From: Candidatus Aenigmatarchaeota archaeon
Lineage (GTDB): Archaea; Aenigmatarchaeota; Aenigmatarchaeia; Aenigmatarchaeales; JACQIB01
Length of the DNA: 64,000 nucleotides
Reading direction: 5' to 3'
NCBI GenBank assembly: GCA_016198755.1
Contig: JACQIB010000003.1
Span: forward strand, 6,767-70,766
Positions 63,631 through 64,000 of the stretch are shown one piece after another (within the stretch, counting starts at the first letter, position 1; the number at the start of each line of letters is the position of its first letter). The translations under genes were made by a program, and so were the position numbers. The notes beneath the pieces were generated by a model, which ran no database searches, was not told the DNA's origin, and saw only the letters and a program-made list of their open reading frames with translations.

Positions 63631-63733
63631 TAACAATGGAAAGCAGGCTGGAAACTGTTTCCAAAGGAAATGGGGGATGGAAACAATCCAATAAATTAAT
63701 ATAGACTGGGAGCAATAGAAAGAGGGGATATGT

Positions 63734-64000
63734 TTGATAGAAAAAGATAAGGCAAATGAAAAGGTTGCAGCAGGCTGGCTGCGTGCATGGATGGCTTTTG
63801 AAGCTCTGGCTGTGAACAAAGAGGTTGTGGAGGCGAGTTTAAAAGAGCTTGTAGACAGGCTGGAAACAGATGAAAGAGTTAAAGTATATGGAAGAAAACA
63901 AGCTGAAACAAAGGAAGTTCTAAATCCAATGGAGGGAATAGAAAAAGCTTACAGTCAGGTTTGTGATGTTGATCTAATATCAAAAAATTTAGATAATCTT
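63734..64000 (+). CDS. Hypothetical protein, 3' end outside window
   Basis: Open frame from a stop at 63716 to the window edge. First candidate start is TTG at 63734, with AGAGGGG upstream and AATAAATTAATATAG about 35 nt upstream. Sequence ...KVAAGWLRAWMAFEALAVNKEVVEASLKELVDRLE... Confidence 0.4.
   Translation, partial: MIEKDKANEKVAAGWLRAWMAFEALAVNKEVVEASLKELVDRLETDERVKVYGRKQAETKEVLNPMEGIEKAYSQVCDVDLISKNLDNL

Noticed and set aside
1-64000. Search for rRNA, CRISPR arrays, transposases/IS elements, inteins and prophage or defence modules
   Set aside because: None was recognised. The large housekeeping proteins (AlaRS, LeuRS, Topo VI, thermosome) have normal lengths and uninterrupted motifs. 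The only mobile-type gene is the LAGLIDADG ORF.

Overview
This is a gene-dense, AT-rich archaeal window. Archaeal markers include topoisomerase VI A/B, a thermosome, aIF-1A, pelota, RIO kinase, ribosomal stalk proteins P0/P1, Spt5-SecE-FtsZ and tRNA-splicing endonuclease. The proteins are short and there are many lipobox surface proteins, which suggests a small-genome, DPANN-like lineage; that placement is inference only. Most genes are housekeeping. They include seven aminoacyl-tRNA synthetase genes (alaS, leuS, pheS, pheT, trpS, glyS), the conserved ftsZ-secE-spt5-L11-L1-P0-P1 cluster, Topo VI, the aIF1A/RIO/KH neighbourhood, EndoQ and redox genes (RNR fragment, TrxB, thioredoxin-like). There is no rRNA, no CRISPR array and no transposase. 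The main result from hand-folding is that all 8 tRNA genes are interrupted. I count 16 intervening sequences, about 555 nt of intron against about 613 nt of exon. Many sit at non-canonical positions (9/10 region, 14/15, 27/28, 30/31, 33/34, 44/45, 58/59, 59/60). Two T-loop intron families of about 51-52 nt are shared at 94-100 percent identity between non-cognate tRNAs. The window also encodes two tandem EndA paralogs and a free-standing LAGLIDADG endonuclease wedged between tRNA genes. Other candidates are listed below.
- A six-gene surface/membrane cluster (51105-57767) built from a repeated beta-rich module.
- A 1008-aa MG/Ig-repeat protein ending in a DsbA-like domain that has lost its CxxC.
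- A 4xCBS protein fused to an HPF/RaiA-like domain.
- A 98-aa protein carrying a ribosomal-stalk-like C-terminal tail.
- A tandem-fused AdoMetDC-fold protein.
- A truncated SWIB-like mini-ORF.
All functional calls come from motif reading by eye. No database search was run.
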